64,000 nucleotides of DNA from Escherichia coli (GCF_003334315.1 NZ_QOWR01000007.1); one strand, 5' to 3'; shown: positions 26,259 through 41,089, counted from the stretch's first letter. Translations and numbers: made by a program. Notes: generated by a model from the letters alone, not told the origin.

Positions 26259-27227
26259 TTAGACCTGGTCTTTTTTGTCGTCAACCAATGGGCTGGCGTC
26301 GTGTTCTGCTTCGATCTCTTCAGCAGGAAGCGGGGCCGGTTCAGCGTCTGGCGTAACAAAGGTTTCGGTAGATACTGCCAGCGGCTGGCCAATTTTCGTG
26401 ACAGACAGGCTTTCCAGCTGCTCAACCAGATTCACTTTACCCGGTGCAAACAGGTTGATAACGGTGGAACCGAGTTTAAAGCGACCCATTTCCTGGCCTT
26501 TCAGCAGTGCCACAGAACCGTCGTTTTCCCCGGCAGGCCAGGTCCAGCGCTTGATGATGCCTTCGCGCGGCGGCGTAATGGTGCCCGCCCAGACCGTCTC
26601 AATGCTGCCTACAATCGTCGCACCGACCAGAATCTGCGCCATTGGGCCAAATTCGGTATCGAACAGGCAGATCACGCGTTCGTTACGGGCAAACAGATTC
26701 GGCACGTTCTGAGCGGTGAGATGGTTAACGGAGAAGAGATCGCCCGGCACGTAGATCATCTCACGAAGAATACCGTTGCACGGCATGTGTACGCGGTGGT
26801 AGTCACGCGGGGAGAGGTAAGTGGTCACAAACGTACCGTTGCGGAACAGGTCCGCCATCAGATAGTTACCTGCCAACAGGGCTTCGAGGCTGTAGTTGTG
26901 GCCTTTGGCTTGCAGGATTTTATCTTCTTCGATTTTACCCAACTGGCTGATAACGCCATCGGCAGGCATGACCAGGACATTCGGATCGGTATCGATTGGG
27001 CGTACTTCGTCACGCAGCGGACGGACAAAGAATTCGTTAAAGGTGCGGTAGCTGGCGGTGTCCGGTTTTTGCGCCTCTTTCATGTCGACCTTGTAGTATT
27101 TAACGAACAGATCGATAACCAGTTTTGTCAGCCATCCTGCCCGCTTGCTTGCGCCCCAACCCGCCAGGCGAGTAAGCCATAGTTTCGGCAGAATGTACTG
27201 TAGCGAAAGTTTAAATGAATTTAACAA
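26259..27227 (-). CDS. psd: Phosphatidylserine decarboxylase proenzyme Psd (322 aa)
   Basis: [33 protein letters not shown]... with the LGST self-cleavage motif (FKLGSTV). Confidence 0.95.
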
Positions 27228-27323
27228 GGTAGCCTCCAGGCCATTGTTTTGTCGTTCCTGATCCGGCCTACATGCCGGATCCTGAAAAAAAGGGGACGAT
27301 TCTAACGACGGTTAGCTTAATTG

Positions 27324-28376
27324 TCAGTCATCCGTATCAGAAAAGTTTTTACGCGTTTTTACCTGCGCCATGCTTTCCAGAATACGGTGATAGTTTTCGA
27401 AACGGGTTTCCGCGATTTTTCCTTCCTCAACCGCTTCCCGGATAGCGCAGCCCGGATCGGTATCGTGTTTGCAATCGCGATATTTACACAGACCTAAATA
27501 GTCATGGAATTCGACAAAGCCCTGAGTGATTTGTTCCGGCTCCAGGTGCCAGAGGCCGAACTCACGCACACCTGGGGAGTCAATCACATCACCGCCGTGC
27601 GGGAAGTGATACAGCCGAGCGGCGGTCGTGGTGTGCTGACCAAGCCCCGAGTTGTCAGAGACATCGTTGGTCAGGATCTCTTTTTGCAGCCCCAGCAACG
27701 CGTTCAGCAGGCTGGATTTACCAACGCCAGACTGCCCGGCAAAAATGCTGATACGCCCGGTCAACGCCTCTTCCAGCGGTTTTAGCCCATCCTGAGTATG
27801 GCTGGAAACCATCAATACGCGATAACCGATATTGCGGTAGATATCCATCTGTTCGTTGACGAACGCCATGCCTTCGTCGTCCAGCAGGTCTATCTTGTTG
27901 AGCACAATAATCGGCTCAATCTGCAAGGTTTCGCAGGCCACCAGGTAACGGTCGATAATATTGAGCGACAGCTCCGGCAAAATGGCGGAGACAATGACAA
28001 TCTGGTCGATGTTGGCGGCAATAGGTTTCACTCCGTCGTAGAAATCCGGACGCGTCAACACCGAGGTGCGCTCATGCACCGCTTCCACGATCCCTTTGAC
28101 ATTTACGCCTTCCGCCGCCGGTTTACCCGGACGCCAGACTACGCGGTCGCCGGTCACCAGCGAACGGATGGTACGGCGAATATTGCAGCGGTGAACGTCG
28201 CCATCGGCGGATTCCACATCAGCGTGCATACCAAAGCGGCTGATGACGATACCTTCATCAGGCTCGCCAAACAGATTGTCGTCGTAGTCGGGCTTCTCCT
28301 TAGACGTTTTAAGACGACGCTGGTGATTGGCGTTCACGCGGCGCTGCTGGCCTTTGGAGAGTTTATTTTTACTCAA
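27324..28376 (-). CDS. rsgA: Small-subunit ribosome biogenesis GTPase RsgA (350 aa)
   Basis: ORF 27324-28409 trimmed to TTG 28376 ([22 protein letters not shown]...); circularly permuted GTPase motifs and C-terminal zinc-finger cysteines. Confidence 0.92.
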
Positions 28377-28470
28377 TCGTACAGACTCCTGGTCGCCCCT
28401 GATGGGCAAAACATCTATGATACACGCAATTGTGGATCAATATAGTCACTGTGAATGGGTGGAAAATAGC

Positions 28471-29016
28471 ATGAGTGCCAATGAAAACAACCTGATTTGG
28501 ATCGATCTTGAGATGACCGGTCTGGATCCCGAGCGCGATCGCATTATTGAGATTGCCACGCTGGTGACCGATGCCAACCTGAATATTCTGGCAGAAGGGC
28601 CGACCATTGCAGTACACCAGTCCGATGAACAGCTGGCGCTGATGGATGACTGGAACGTGCGCACCCATACCGCCAGCGGGCTGGTAGAGCGCGTGAAAGC
28701 GAGCACGATGGGCGATCGGGAAGCTGAACTGGCAACGCTCGAATTTTTAAAACAGTGGGTGCCTGCGGGAAAATCGCCGATTTGCGGTAACAGCATCGGT
28801 CAGGACCGTCGTTTCCTGTTTAAATACATGCCGGAGCTGGAAGCCTACTTCCACTACCGTTATCTCGATGTCAGCACCCTGAAAGAGCTGGCGCGCCGCT
28901 GGAAGCCGGAAATTCTGGATGGTTTTACCAAGCAGGGGACGCATCAGGCGATGGATGATATCCGTGAATCGGTGGCGGAGCTGGCTTACTACCGCGAGCA
29001 TTTTATCAAGCTGTAA
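28471..29016 (+). CDS. orn: Oligoribonuclease Orn (181 aa)
   Basis: ORF 28327-29016 trimmed to ATG 28471 ([29 protein letters not shown]...), DEDDh exonuclease. Confidence 0.95.
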
Positions 29017-29141
29017 AATTTTTCCTGGTCACGTAAGCGCCGGAATCCACTTGCGGCGGCGTGATTTTGACGCTAAATTGAACGTCTTGCTGATAATTTC
29101 AGCACTTGAGATAAAAACGCAAAAAAAACTTTTTTGGGGGG

Positions 29142-29169
29142 TTGCAGAGGGAAAGATTTCTCGTATAAT
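29142..29169 (+). promoter_or_regulatory. Putative sigma70 promoter of the tRNA-Gly cluster
   Basis: -35 TTGCAG (29142-29147), 16-nt spacer, -10 TATAAT (29164-29169), GC-rich discriminator GCGCCTCCC, and an A/T-rich UP-like tract upstream (29111-29135). Confidence 0.55.
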
Positions 29170-29226
29170 GCGCCTCCCGTAACGACGCAGAAATGCGAAA
29201 ATTACGAAAGCAAAATTAAGTAGTAC

Positions 29227-29302
<76 letters not shown>

Positions 29303-29338
29303 AAATTTGAAAAGTGCTGCAAAGCACAGACCACCCAA

Positions 29339-29414
<76 letters not shown>

Positions 29415-29683
29415 AATTCTTCTCTCAATAAAATATCCACAGCGACGCGATGCGTTATTGCTGGTTTTTGTTGTCTCTGACAAACTCTTGTAAACAGAGT
29501 TATCCACAGCCTCAGGCTGTAATCTTAATTTCAAAGAAACTTCGCACGGTGAATAGTATTTTTTTAACCTATTGATAGATAAGTTAAAAATTAAGATTCC
29601 GTTTTGTCGAGTCGATCACTTGACGATTTTATTCGTCTTGAATTGCAATGCGTTTTTATTTTTATTCACAAGCTGTGGATGAA

Positions 29684-30821
29684 TCAGGCGTCACGCGGTA
29701 ACCCTTTTTCAATCACCCGAACCAGACGCTGTTTTTTCGGCAATTGCACTTCGACTATGCACGCATTTCGTCTCTCTATTTGCTGCGCAATCGCCCACGC
29801 TATGTGCTCATCGAGAAGTGGGTGCTCACCTTTACGACTTTCCAGCGCTGTCAAAATCGTTTCATCCCAAGGGGCATTGCCTAATGCTACGGCGATATTA
29901 CGCAGCCAACGCAGGTGACCAATACGACGAATCGCCGATCCTTCCGTGACTTTTAAAAACTTCTCTTCGCTCCAGGCGAATAACTCAATGAGTTCCGGTG
30001 CGTGTAGCGGCTTACGCGGGCTGAAATCCTCTTCTGTGGTGAGTTGTGAATAGCGATTCCACGGGCAGATAAGCTGGCAGTCATCGCAACCGTAAATACG
30101 GTTTCCCATTAACGGTCGCAACTCTTCCGGGATCGCCCCTTCAAGTTCGATGGTGAGATAAGAGATACAGCGGCGAGCATCGACGGTATATGGCTCGACG
30201 ATGGCACCGGTCGGGCAAATCGTCATACAGGCCACGCATTTACCACATCCTTCCTCGACTGGTTGATCCACGGGCAGAGGAATATCGACCAGCAATTCGC
30301 CTAAAAAGAAGAACGAACCGGCCTCGCGATTGAGGATAAGTGAGTGCTTACCTGTCCAGCCGAGCCCAGCTTTTTCAGCTAACGGGCGCTCGAGAATAGG
30401 CGCAGAATCGACAAACGGTCTAAAATTCAGCGAAACACAATGTTGCTGAATCATCTCGCCCAGCTTTTTGAGTCGGTTGCGCAGAAGTTTGTGATAGTCA
30501 CGGCCCAGCGCATAACGGCTAACATAGCCGAGTTTGGGGTTTTTCAGCGTGCTGGCAAATGCGGCGTTAGCAGGAAGGTAATTCATCCGCACGCTGATCA
30601 CGCGCAGCGTACCGGGCAATAACTCATGGGGGCGAGCGCGCAGCATACCGTGACGCGCCATCCAGTCCATTTCGCCGTGGTATTGTTTGTCCAGCCATGC
30701 TTGCAGTTTGGGCTCGGACTCGCTGAGATCGGTATCGGTAATACCTACCTGCTGAAAGCCCAGTTCCAGCCCCCACTGTTTAATTTTTTGCGCTAACTGA
30801 TTGAGATCGAGGGGCTCTGAC

Positions 30822-30823
<2 letters not shown>
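29684..30823 (-). CDS. queG: Epoxyqueuosine reductase QueG (379 aa)
   Basis: ORF 29684-30931 trimmed to ATG 30823 (MSEPLDLNQLAQKIKQWGLELGFQQ...); ferredoxin-type Cys clusters (CGKCVACMTICP, CDDCQLICPWN). Confidence 0.93.
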
Positions 30824-32802
<1,979 letters not shown>

Positions 32803-32820
32803 CCTTTGAAAGGTGGCGGG

Positions 32821-34158
32821 ATGATGTATCGCATCAGAAATTGGTTGGTAGCGACGCTGCTGCTGCTGTGCACGCCGGTGGGTGCCGCGACGCTCTCTGA
32901 TATTCAGGTTTCTAACGGTAATCAACAGGCGCGGATAACGTTGAGTTTTATTGGCGATCCTGATTATGCGTTTAGCCATCAAAGCAAACGCACCGTGGCG
33001 CTCGATATCAAACAAACGGGCGTGATTCAGGGACTGCCGTTGTTGTTCAGCGGTAATAATCTGGTGAAGGCGATTCGCTCTGGAACGCCTAAAGATGCAC
33101 AAACGCTACGGCTGGTGGTCGATCTTACCGAAAACGGTAAAACCGAAGCGGTGAAGCGACAGAATGGCAGCAATTACACTGTCGTCTTTACGATTAACGC
33201 CGATGTGCCGCCACCGCCTCCTCCGCCGCCCGTGGTTGCGAAACGCGTTGAAACGCCTGCGGTTGTCGCACCGCGCGTCAGCGAACCGGCGCGCAATCCG
33301 TTTAAAACGGAAAGTAACCGCACTACGGGTGTTATCAGCAGTAATACGGTAACGCGTCCGGCAGCGCGCGCGACGGCTAACACTGGCGATAAAATTATCA
33401 TCGCTATTGATGCCGGACACGGCGGTCAGGACCCTGGCGCTATCGGCCCCGGTGGTACGCGGGAGAAAAATGTTACCATCGCCATCGCGCGTAAATTGCG
33501 TACTTTGCTCAATGACGATCCGATGTTTAAAGGCGTTTTAACCCGTGACGGGGATTACTTTATCTCGGTGATGGGGCGCAGTGATGTGGCACGTAAGCAA
33601 AACGCCAATTTCCTCGTGTCGATTCACGCTGATGCCGCACCGAACCGCAGTGCGACTGGCGCTTCCGTATGGGTGCTCTCTAACCGTCGCGCCAACAGTG
33701 AAATGGCCAGCTGGCTGGAGCAGCACGAGAAACAGTCGGAGCTGCTGGGTGGGGCGGGTGATGTGCTGGCGAACAGTCAGTCTGACCCCTATTTAAGCCA
33801 GGCGGTGCTGGATTTACAGTTCGGTCATTCCCAGCGGGTAGGGTATGATGTAGCGACCAGTATGATCAGTCAGTTGCAACGCATTGGCGAAATACATAAA
33901 CGTCGACCAGAACACGCCAGCCTTGGCGTTCTGCGCTCGCCGGATATCCCATCAGTACTGGTCGAAACCGGTTTTATCAGCAACAACAGCGAAGAACGTT
34001 TGCTGGCGAGCGACGATTACCAACAACAGCTGGCAGAAGCCATTTACAAAGGCCTGCGCAATTACTTCCTTGCGCATCCGATGCAATCTGCGCCGCAGGG
34101 TGCAACGGCACAAACTGCCAGTACGGTGACGACGCCAGATCGCACGCTGCCAAACTAA
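32821..34158 (+). CDS. amiB: N-acetylmuramoyl-L-alanine amidase AmiB (445 aa)
   Basis: ORF 32806-34158 trimmed to ATG 32821 ([25 protein letters not shown]...); contains an eight-proline linker and the Amidase_3 catalytic domain. Confidence 0.93.
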
Positions 34159-34167
34159 GGACGATTG

Positions 34168-36015
34168 ATGCCAATTCAGGTCTTACCGCCACAACTGGCG
34201 AACCAGATTGCCGCAGGTGAGGTGGTCGAGCGACCTGCGTCGGTAGTCAAAGAACTAGTGGAAAACAGCCTCGATGCAGGTGCGACGCGTATCGATATTG
34301 ATATCGAACGCGGTGGGGCGAAACTTATCCGCATTCGTGATAACGGCTGCGGTATCAAAAAAGATGAGCTGGCGCTGGCGCTGGCTCGTCATGCCACCAG
34401 TAAAATCGCCTCTCTGGACGATCTCGAAGCCATTATCAGCCTGGGCTTTCGCGGTGAGGCGCTGGCGAGTATCAGTTCGGTTTCCCGCCTGACGCTCACT
34501 TCACGCACCGCAGAACAGCAGGAAGCCTGGCAGGCCTATGCCGAAGGGCGCGATATGAACGTGACGGTAAAACCGGCGGCGCATCCTGTGGGGACGACGC
34601 TGGAGGTGCTGGATCTGTTCTACAACACCCCGGCGCGGCGCAAATTCCTGCGCACCGAGAAAACCGAATTTAACCACATTGATGAGATCATCCGCCGCAT
34701 TGCGCTGGCGCGTTTCGACGTCACGATCAACCTGTCGCATAACGGTAAAATTGTGCGTCAGTACCGCGCAGTGCCGGAAGGCGGGCAAAAAGAACGGCGC
34801 TTAGGCGCGATTTGCGGCACCGCTTTTCTTGAACAAGCGCTGGCGATTGAATGGCAACACGGCGATCTCACGCTACGCGGCTGGGTGGCCGATCCAAATC
34901 ACACCACGCCCGCACTGGCAGAAATTCAGTATTGCTACGTGAACGGTCGCATGATGCGCGATCGCCTGATCAATCACGCGATCCGCCAGGCCTGCGAAGA
35001 CAAACTGGGGGCCGATCAGCAACCGGCATTTGTGTTGTATCTGGAGATCGACCCACATCAGGTGGACGTCAACGTGCACCCCGGCAAACACGAAGTGCGT
35101 TTCCATCAGTCGCGTCTGGTGCATGATTTTATCTATCAGGGCGTGCTGAGCGTGCTACAACAGCAACTGGAAACGCCGCTACCGCTGGACGATGAACCCC
35201 AACCTGCACCGCGTTCCATTCCGGAAAACCGCGTGGCGGCGGGGCGCAATCACTTTGCAGAACCGGCAGCTCGTGAGCCGGTAGCTCCGCGCTACACTCC
35301 TGCGCCAGCATCAGGCAGTCGTCCGGCTGCCCCCTGGCCGAATGCGCAGCCAGGCTACCAGAAACAGCAAGGTGAAGTGTATCGCCAGCTTTTGCAAACG
35401 CCCGCGCCGATGCAAAAATTAAAAGCGCCGGAACCGCAGGAACCTGCACTTGCGGCGAACAGTCAGAGTTTTGGTCGGGTACTGACTATCGTCCATTCCG
35501 ACTGTGCGTTGCTGGAGCGCGACGGCAACATTTCACTTTTATCCTTGCCAGTGGCAGAACGTTGGCTGCGTCAGGCACAATTGACGCCGGGTGAAGCGCC
35601 CGTTTGCGCCCAGCCGCTGCTGATTCCGTTGCGGCTAAAAGTTTCTGCCGAAGAAAAATCGGCATTAGAAAAAGCGCAGTCTGCCCTGGCGGAATTGGGT
35701 ATTGATTTCCAGTCAGATGCACAGCATGTGACCATCAGGGCAGTGCCTTTACCCTTACGCCAACAAAATTTACAAATCTTGATTCCTGAACTGATAGGCT
35801 ACCTGGCGAAGCAGTCCGTATTCGAACCTGGCAATATTGCGCAGTGGATTGCACGAAATCTGATGAGCGAACATGCGCAGTGGTCAATGGCACAGGCCAT
35901 AACCCTGCTGGCGGACGTGGAACGGTTATGTCCGCAACTTGTGAAAACGCCGCCGGGTGGTCTGTTACAATCTGTTGATTTACATCCGGCGATAAAAGCC
36001 CTGAAAGATGAGTGA
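34168..36015 (+). CDS. mutL: DNA mismatch repair protein MutL (615 aa)
   Basis: [50 protein letters not shown]... (GHKL ATPase). Confidence 0.97.
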
Positions 36016-36958
36016 TATCAGTAAGGCGAGCCTGCCTAAGGCGATTTTTTTGATGGGGCCGACGGCCTCCGGTAAAACGGCGTTAGCCATTGAGCTGCGT
36101 AAAATTTTACCAGTAGAGTTGATAAGCGTTGATTCTGCCCTTATTTACAAAGGGATGGATATCGGGACGGCGAAGCCGAACGCTGAAGAGTTACTCGCCG
36201 CGCCGCACCGATTGCTGGATATTCGCGATCCGTCGCAGGCTTACTCGGCTGCTGATTTTCGCCGCGATGCGCTGGCGGAAATGGCCGATATCACCGCGGC
36301 GGGGCGGATCCCACTGTTAGTGGGCGGTACGATGTTGTATTTCAAGGCATTGCTGGAAGGGTTGTCGCCGCTACCGTCGGCAGACCCGGAAGTACGGGCT
36401 AGAATTGAGCAACAGGCGGCAGAGCAAGGTTGGGAGTCATTGCATCGTCAACTTCAGGAGGTAGATCCGGTTGCGGCAGCAAGGATTCATCCAAATGATC
36501 CACAAAGGCTTTCCCGGGCACTGGAAGTTTTTTTCATTTCGGGTAAAACTTTAACGGAACTGACGCAAACGTCAGGAGACGCTCTACCGTATCAGGTGCA
36601 TCAGTTCGCCATCGCCCCGGCGAGCCGTGAACTGCTCCATCAACGCATTGAGCAGCGTTTTCATCAGATGTTGGCTTCAGGTTTTGAAGCAGAAGTCCGG
36701 GCGCTTTTTGCCCGAGGAGATTTGCATACGGACTTGCCTTCCATTCGTTGCGTGGGTTATCGCCAGATGTGGTCTTACCTTGAAGGCGAAATCTCATACG
36801 ATGAAATGGTTTATCGAGGTGTTTGCGCCACGAGACAGTTGGCGAAGCGGCAGATAACCTGGCTGCGTGGTTGGGAAGGGGTTCACTGGCTTGACAGTGA
36901 AAAACCAGAACAGGCGCGTGACGAAGTATTACAGGTTGTTGGTGCTATCGCAGGCTGA
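36008..36958 (+). CDS. miaA: tRNA dimethylallyltransferase MiaA (316 aa)
   Basis: [32 protein letters not shown]...; start overlaps the mutL 3' end by 8 nt. Confidence 0.97.
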
Positions 36959-37031
36959 ATGTGTACAATTGAGACGTATCGTGCGCAATTTTTTCAGAAT
37001 CGAAAGGTTCAAAGTACAAATAAGCATATAA

Positions 37032-37352
<321 letters not shown>

Positions 37353-37427
37353 GGTTTCGGGCTGTTTTTTTACACGGGGAGCCAGCGATCCTGCGTTCCC
37401 CGCTGATCTATTTAGAGGGTTATACGC

Positions 37428-38708
37428 TTGTTTGACCGTTATGATGCTGGTGAGCAGGCGGTACTGGTACACATCTATTTTACGCAAGACAAAGATATGG
37501 AAGACCTCCAGGAGTTTGAATCTCTGGTCTCTTCCGCCGGTGTCGAAGCATTGCAGGTGATTACCGGTAGCCGTAAAGCGCCGCACCCAAAGTATTTTGT
37601 AGGTGAAGGTAAAGCAGTTGAAATTGCGGAAGCTGTCAAAGCGACGGGTGCTTCGGTCGTTCTTTTTGACCATGCCCTGAGCCCGGCGCAAGAGCGTAAC
37701 CTGGAGCGTTTGTGCGAGTGTCGTGTTATCGACCGCACCGGCCTTATTTTAGATATTTTCGCCCAACGTGCGCGTACCCATGAGGGTAAGTTGCAGGTTG
37801 AGCTGGCGCAGCTGCGCCATCTGGCTACGCGCCTGGTGCGTGGCTGGACCCACCTTGAAAGACAGAAAGGCGGGATAGGTTTGCGTGGTCCGGGTGAAAC
37901 CCAGCTCGAAACCGACCGTCGTTTGTTGCGTAATCGCATCGTGCAGATACAGTCGCGCCTGGAAAGAGTTGAAAAGCAGCGTGAGCAGGGGCGGCAATCG
38001 CGTATCAAAGCCGACGTTCCTACTGTTTCGCTGGTGGGATATACCAACGCCGGTAAATCTACCCTTTTCAATCGCATCACCGAAGCGCGGGTCTACGCGG
38101 CAGACCAGTTGTTTGCCACCCTCGACCCGACGTTGCGGCGTATTGACGTTGCAGATGTCGGTGAAACCGTACTTGCAGATACCGTAGGGTTTATTCGCCA
38201 CCTGCCGCACGATCTGGTGGCGGCATTTAAAGCCACGTTACAAGAGACGCGGCAAGCCACATTACTGCTGCACGTCATTGATGCGGCGGATGTGCGTGTA
38301 CAAGAAAACATCGAAGCGGTGAATACGGTTCTTGAAGAGATCGACGCTCACGAGATCCCAACCCTGCTGGTGATGAACAAGATCGATATGCTGGAAGATT
38401 TCGAACCGCGTATTGATCGGGACGAAGAGAACAAACCGATCCGTGTCTGGCTTTCCGCACAGACCGGAGCGGGGATACCACAGCTTTTTCAGGCTTTGAC
38501 GGAGCGGCTTTCCGGCGAGGTGGCGCAGCATACATTGCGTCTGCCACCGCAGGAAGGGCGTCTGAGAAGTCGTTTTTATCAGCTTCAGGCAATAGAAAAA
38601 GAGTGGATGGAGGAGGACGGCAGCGTAAGTCTGCAAGTTCGTATGCCGATCGTTGACTGGCGTCGCCTCTGTAAACAAGAACCGGCGTTGATCGATTACC
38701 TGATCTAA
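37428..38708 (+). CDS. hflX: Ribosome-associated GTPase HflX (426 aa)
   Basis: TTG-initiated ORF ([23 protein letters not shown]...), G-domain motifs GYTNAGKST and DTVGF. Confidence 0.95.
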   Translation: MFDRYDAGEQAVLVHIYFTQDKDMEDLQEFESLVSSAGVEALQVITGSRKAPHPKYFVGEGKAVEIAEAVKATGASVVLFDHALSPAQERNLERLCECRVIDRTGLILDIFAQRARTHEGKLQVELAQLRHLATRLVRGWTHLERQKGGIGLRGPGETQLETDRRLLRNRIVQIQSRLERVEKQREQGRQSRIKADVPTVSLVGYTNAGKSTLFNRITEARVYAADQLFATLDPTLRRIDVADVGETVLADTVGFIRHLPHDLVAAFKATLQETRQATLLLHVIDAADVRVQENIEAVNTVLEEIDAHEIPTLLVMNKIDMLEDFEPRIDRDEENKPIRVWLSAQTGAGIPQLFQALTERLSGEVAQHTLRLPPQEGRLRSRFYQLQAIEKEWMEEDGSVSLQVRMPIVDWRRLCKQEPALIDYLI

Positions 38709-38793
38709 CGGCGTAGCGTCTGAAGCGTGGAGTCATATCCTCTGGCGTCGAAAGACAACAGGGATCACCGCATAACAAATATGGAGCACAAAC

Positions 38794-40053
38794 ATGGCGT
38801 GGAATCAGCCCGGTAATAACGGACAAGACCGCGACCCGTGGGGAAGCAGCAAACCTGGCGGCAACTCTGAGGGAAATGGAAACAAAGGCGGTCGCGATCA
38901 AGGGCCACCTGATTTAGATGATATCTTCCGCAAACTGAGCAAAAAGCTCGGTGGTCTGGGCGGCGGTAAAGGCACCGGATCTGGCGGTGGCAGTTCATCG
39001 CAAGGCCCGCGCCCGCAGCTTGGCGGTCGTGTCGTTACCATCGCAGCGGCAGCGATTGTCATTATCTGGGCGGCCAGTGGTTTCTATACCATTAAAGAAG
39101 CCGAACGCGGCGTGGTAACACGCTTTGGTAAATTCAGCCATCTGGTTGAGCCGGGTCTGAACTGGAAACCGACGTTTATCGACGAAGTCAAACCGGTGAA
39201 CGTGGAAGCCGTGCGTGAACTGGCCGCTTCTGGTGTGATGCTGACGTCGGACGAGAACGTAGTGCGCGTTGAGATGAACGTGCAGTACCGCGTCACCAAT
39301 CCGGAAAAATATCTGTATAGCGTGACCAGCCCGGATGACAGCCTGCGTCAGGCTACCGACAGCGCCCTGCGTGGAGTTATCGGTAAATACACCATGGACC
39401 GCATTCTGACGGAAGGTCGTACCGTGATTCGTAGCGATACTCAGCGCGAACTGGAAGAGACGATTCGTCCGTATGACATGGGTATCACGCTGCTGGACGT
39501 CAACTTCCAGGCTGCTCGTCCGCCGGAAGAAGTAAAAGCGGCGTTTGACGATGCGATTGCTGCGCGTGAAAACGAACAGCAATACATTCGTGAAGCAGAA
39601 GCGTATACCAACGAAGTTCAGCCGCGTGCGAACGGTCAGGCGCAACGTATCCTCGAAGAGGCGCGTGCGTACAAGGCCCAGACCATCCTGGAAGCTCAGG
39701 GTGAAGTGGCGCGCTTTGCTAAACTTCTGCCGGAATATAAAGCCGCGCCGGAAATTACTCGCGAGCGTCTGTATATCGAGACGATGGAAAAAGTGTTGGG
39801 TAACACCCGCAAAGTGCTGGTTAACGATAAAGGTGGCAACCTGATGGTTCTGCCGTTAGACCAGATGCTGAAAGGTGGTAACGCCCCTGCGGCGAAGAGC
39901 GATAACGGTGCCAGCAATCTGCTGCGTCTGCCGCCAGCCTCTTCCTCCACAACCAGTGGAGCAAGCAACACGTCGTCCACCAGTCAGGGCGATATTATGG
40001 ACCAACGCCGCGCCAACGCGCAGCGTAACGACTACCAGCGTCAGGGGGAATAA
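38794..40053 (+). CDS. hflK: FtsH modulator HflK (419 aa)
   Basis: MAWNQPGNNGQDRDPWGSSKPGG... Gly-rich N-terminus, single TM, SPFH/band-7 domain. Confidence 0.95.
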   Translation: MAWNQPGNNGQDRDPWGSSKPGGNSEGNGNKGGRDQGPPDLDDIFRKLSKKLGGLGGGKGTGSGGGSSSQGPRPQLGGRVVTIAAAAIVIIWAASGFYTIKEAERGVVTRFGKFSHLVEPGLNWKPTFIDEVKPVNVEAVRELAASGVMLTSDENVVRVEMNVQYRVTNPEKYLYSVTSPDDSLRQATDSALRGVIGKYTMDRILTEGRTVIRSDTQRELEETIRPYDMGITLLDVNFQAARPPEEVKAAFDDAIAARENEQQYIREAEAYTNEVQPRANGQAQRILEEARAYKAQTILEAQGEVARFAKLLPEYKAAPEITRERLYIETMEKVLGNTRKVLVNDKGGNLMVLPLDQMLKGGNAPAAKSDNGASNLLRLPPASSSTTSGASNTSSTSQGDIMDQRRANAQRNDYQRQGE

Positions 40054-40055
40054 CG

Positions 40056-41060
40056 ATGCGTAAGTCAGTTATCGCGATTATCATCATCGTGCTGGTAGTG
40101 CTTTACATGTCTGTCTTTGTCGTCAAAGAAGGTGAGCGCGGTATTACGCTGCGTTTTGGTAAGGTACTGCGTGACGATGACAACAAACCTCTGGTTTATG
40201 AGCCGGGTCTGCATTTCAAGATACCGTTCATTGAAACGGTGAAAATGCTCGACGCACGTATTCAGACCATGGACAACCAGGCCGACCGCTTTGTGACCAA
40301 AGAGAAGAAAGACCTGATCGTCGACTCTTACATCAAATGGCGCATCAGCGATTTCAGCCGTTACTACCTGGCAACGGGTGGTGGCGACATTTCGCAAGCG
40401 GAAGTGCTGTTGAAACGTAAGTTCTCTGACCGTCTGCGTTCTGAAATTGGTCGCCTGGACGTGAAAGATATCGTCACCGATTCCCGTGGTCGTCTGACCC
40501 TCGAAGTACGTGACGCGCTGAACTCCGGTTCTGCGGGTACAGAAGATGAAGTTACTACCCCGGCGGCAGATAACGCCATTGCCGAAGCGGCAGAGCGCGT
40601 AACGGCTGAGACGAAGGGCAAAGTTCCGGTCATCAACCCGAACAGTATGGCGGCGCTGGGTATTGAAGTTGTCGATGTGCGAATTAAGCAGATCAACCTG
40701 CCTACCGAAGTGTCTGAAGCGATCTACAACCGTATGCGCGCCGAGCGTGAAGCGGTAGCGCGTCGTCACCGTTCACAAGGTCAGGAAGAAGCGGAAAAAC
40801 TGCGCGCGACTGCCGACTATGAAGTGACCAGAACGCTGGCAGAAGCTGAGCGTCAGGGCCGTATCATGCGTGGTGAAGGCGATGCCGAAGCAGCCAAACT
40901 GTTTGCTGATGCATTCAGTAAAGATCCGGACTTCTACGCATTCATCCGTAGCCTGCGTGCTTATGAGAACAGCTTCTCTGGCAATCAGGACGTGATGGTC
41001 ATGAGCCCGGATAGCGATTTCTTCCGCTACATGAAGACGCCGACTTCCGCAACGCGTTAA
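40056..41060 (+). CDS. hflC: FtsH modulator HflC (334 aa)
   Basis: MRKSVIAIIIIVLVVLYMSVFVVKEGERGITLRFGKV..., SPFH domain; starts 2 nt after the hflK stop. Confidence 0.95.
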   Translation: MRKSVIAIIIIVLVVLYMSVFVVKEGERGITLRFGKVLRDDDNKPLVYEPGLHFKIPFIETVKMLDARIQTMDNQADRFVTKEKKDLIVDSYIKWRISDFSRYYLATGGGDISQAEVLLKRKFSDRLRSEIGRLDVKDIVTDSRGRLTLEVRDALNSGSAGTEDEVTTPAADNAIAEAAERVTAETKGKVPVINPNSMAALGIEVVDVRIKQINLPTEVSEAIYNRMRAEREAVARRHRSQGQEEAEKLRATADYEVTRTLAEAERQGRIMRGEGDAEAAKLFADAFSKDPDFYAFIRSLRAYENSFSGNQDVMVMSPDSDFFRYMKTPTSATR

Positions 41061-41089
41061 TATAACGACTGCGGTACAGGTCAATAAAG

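Noticed and set aside
26157-27182. 341-aa ORF on the plus strand
   Set aside because: Antisense to psd and the start of mscM, both full-length recognised genes; shadow ORF.
27258-27279. Palindrome GATCCGGC-CTACAT-GCCGGATC between rsgA and psd considered as a terminator
   Set aside because: On the plus strand it is followed by an A-run and on the minus strand preceded by a T-run, so it is wrongly oriented for intrinsic termination on either strand; more likely a REP-like remnant or part of the psd promoter region.
38995-40769. Minus-strand ORFs of 216 and 234 aa
   Set aside because: Antisense to hflK and hflC respectively; shadow ORFs.
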